DNA of 63,967 bases, filler included, from Octopus bimaculoides (lineage: Eukaryota), in assembly GCF_001194135.2 (NCBI RefSeq). It is 6 parts of 6 records of this genome, joined end to end, with 100 filler letters (N's around TTAATTAATTAA, not from the genome) between each part and the next. Parts side by side here need not be neighbours in the genome. Positions count along the whole stretch, not along the records: positions 61,697 to 63,967 come from NC_068982.1; 5 more parts are not named here. One strand, 5' to 3'. The notes beneath the pieces are model-generated. The model was not told where the DNA came from. It saw only the letters and a list, made by a program, of their open reading frames with translations, and ran no database searches. Shown here piece after piece: positions 63,841 to 63,967 of the stretch (positions are counted from its first letter, which is position 1; each line of letters opens with the position of its first letter). Made by a program: the position numbers and the translations under genes.

Positions 63841-63967
63841 GAAATAGCTTAGTATTCAACAGTTTTTAGACCTAAATTTATTGCTTGCTTTTATTTTCGT
63901 ATATCACTAATCAAACCTGTTATACAATACTGAGCACACACACACACACACACATATATAGTATCCC

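Overview
AT-rich, microsatellite-dense, gappy eukaryotic DNA. The SINE/LINE content suggests a cephalopod, most likely Octopus (inference, not a database result). Five 100-bp gaps (44 N + TTAATTAATTAA + 44 N) are artificial joins, so the window is six stitched pieces and order/orientation across joins is uncertain. Supported genes: (1) three internal exons of an SLC6 nutrient amino-acid transporter (SLC6A15-20/B0AT-like) on + at 29146-34250; (2) two exons of a SoxF-group HMG transcription factor on - (42054-42593 and a long Q/N/H-rich terminal exon 39243-40819), with the first half of the HMG box not visible; (3) an intact-looking tRNA-Arg(ACG) at 63754-63826. The rest is SINEs, RTE/CR1 LINE relics, mariner relics, MITEs and tandem repeats. 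Best leads: several minimal hammerhead-ribozyme-like motifs of the Penelope-like-element (PLE) type in different carriers (a 17-bp-direct-repeat-flanked unit, a PLE 3' end, a tRNA-headed SINE-like element, a (TA)n insert), all partly decayed in these copies; a 5'-inverted RTE insertion with a 12-bp TSD; a fully palindromic MITE in the SoxF intron; an Asn-to-Asp change at the SLC6 TM7 ion site; and two tandem arrays built on one GCTA-GAAA-TAGC hairpin. No CRISPR, rRNA or prokaryotic system is supported.
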